From: Mytilus californianus
Lineage: Eukaryota
Assembly (NCBI RefSeq): GCF_021869535.1
Contig: NW_026262676.1
Coordinates: 620,001 to 684,000 of the forward strand
DNA: 64,000 nt
Direction of reading: 5' to 3'
Shown here in pieces: positions 62,840 to 64,000 of this stretch (its first letter is position 1; each line of letters begins with the position of its first letter). The translations under genes and the position numbers were made by a program. The notes under the pieces were generated by a model. The model did no database searches, was not told the DNA's origin, and worked only from the letters and a program-made list of their open reading frames with translations.

Positions 62840-63978
62840 GATTGATTGATTGATTGGTGTTTGCTTTACGCCGCCTTAGCGCAAAAAGGCTATATCGCGG
62901 CGAGAGCTAATTCGAACATTTAACAATTTAAAGTATATTTTTAAAATGAGACAAAAGGTCCTACAATATACTACAACACAAGTCTAAAGCAAATATTTTA
63001 ATTTACAAATAAAAATCAACACTAAAATAAGGTGATACAAATTAGAATCATTTTCAATTTATACAACATTTTTATATTTTATAATATATTCCAACTTCTT
63101 TTAAGAATGAAACAATATTTGTAATTGGAACACTATCAAATAAATCATACATATTGTTGACATTGAAATGCTTCCTACGAATATCAGTAAAGTCAATACA
63201 ATTAATTAAAACATGTTTAACAGTATACTTGCAGTTGCAAGGTATACATTGTGGTTCTTCTTCATTTTTTAAAAGATACTCATGTGTTATTCTAGTATGA
63301 CCAATACGGCATCTAGAAATTACACACTGATCTTTTCTGCACGTAAAAGTATTAAAAGGTTTACCTAAATTAGGTTTAATTTCATGTAATTCATTATCAA
63401 CTTTTTCACTCCATTCATTTTCCAATATATTAAAAACATATTCTCGAATGTTAGATCTAAAATCGGTATATGGTATATCACAGTTAGATAAGGGATCATC
63501 CAGGGCATTTTTTGCTTCTTCGTCTACAACTGTATTTCCATGGATTCCAACATGACTCGGAACTCATAGAAAATAATTTCTTTATGAAGAATTTTTAAAT
63601 TCCTCATTACATATAAAATCTTGAGAATTATCAGGTTTTTAATTTTAGTATTTTGTATAGCTTGTAAGCACGAAAGTGAATCAGAAGATATTATAAATTG
63701 GGATTTGTCTGAAATAGCAATTAATTTCAAAGCTAAAATTATTGCCTTTGCTTCAGCAGTAAATATGGATGCGGCAGACGACAAACAGAGAGTCGCAGCT
63801 CTTGTCTCCAAAGACAGCAGCAGATGCAACTCTGTTACCATCCTTCGATCCATCTGTATAAACAGTTGAAAAATCTGAATAACTTGCGTTAATTTCAGCA
63901 AAATGTTGTTGAATTAAAAGAGGGTTGGTTTCTTTTTATTTTTGTATTTACGGAGGTCAAATATTATTTTCGGTTTTG
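62840..63978 (-). mobile_element. 5'-truncated I-group LINE: degenerate RNase H, C-terminal zinc motif and tail
   Basis: VYTDGSKDG, FTAEAKAI, SDSLSCL (RNase H D/E/D), RCRIGHTRITH...CIPC...HVLINC. 3' UTR and (AATC)n tail homologous to 53072-53504. Confidence 0.9.
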
Positions 63979-64000
63979 GATTGATTGATTGTTGGTTGCT
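63979..64000 (-). mobile_element. 3' tail of another SINE A copy, running off the window
   Basis: GATTGATTGATTGTTGGTTGCT. Confidence 0.75.

Overview
AT-rich eukaryotic DNA that is almost entirely mobile elements; no intact host gene is recognisable. The repeat families resemble those of bivalve molluscs (Mytilus-like), which is an inference from recall. Main contents: (1) about 10 near-full copies plus fragments of a ~420-bp SINE-like retroelement with an (AATC)n tail, target-site duplications (TSDs) and no tRNA head. (2) Its probable partner, an I-group LINE: an ORF1-only composite at 50685-53504 with an HDV-like ribozyme fold at its exact 5' end, and an RNase H/3' fragment at 62840-63978. 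(3) The left end of a Maverick/Polinton carrying macro-domain, single-BIR IAP and conserved Maverick ORFs plus an integrase N-terminus. (4) A 1109-codon transposase-like pseudogene with a RAG1/Chapaev-type N-terminal zinc motif. (5) Two hAT-like transposase pseudogenes. (6) A TatD-nuclease/C2H2 remnant next to a polypurine tract. (7) BEN-domain and MULE remnants. (8) A minimal type-I hammerhead ribozyme. (9) A 4.2-kb TIR element full of nested insertions. (10) A ~795-bp tandem array with a trimeric higher-order pattern. (11) Many MITEs and pearl/HINE-like elements. All family assignments come from motif recognition by eye, with no database searches.
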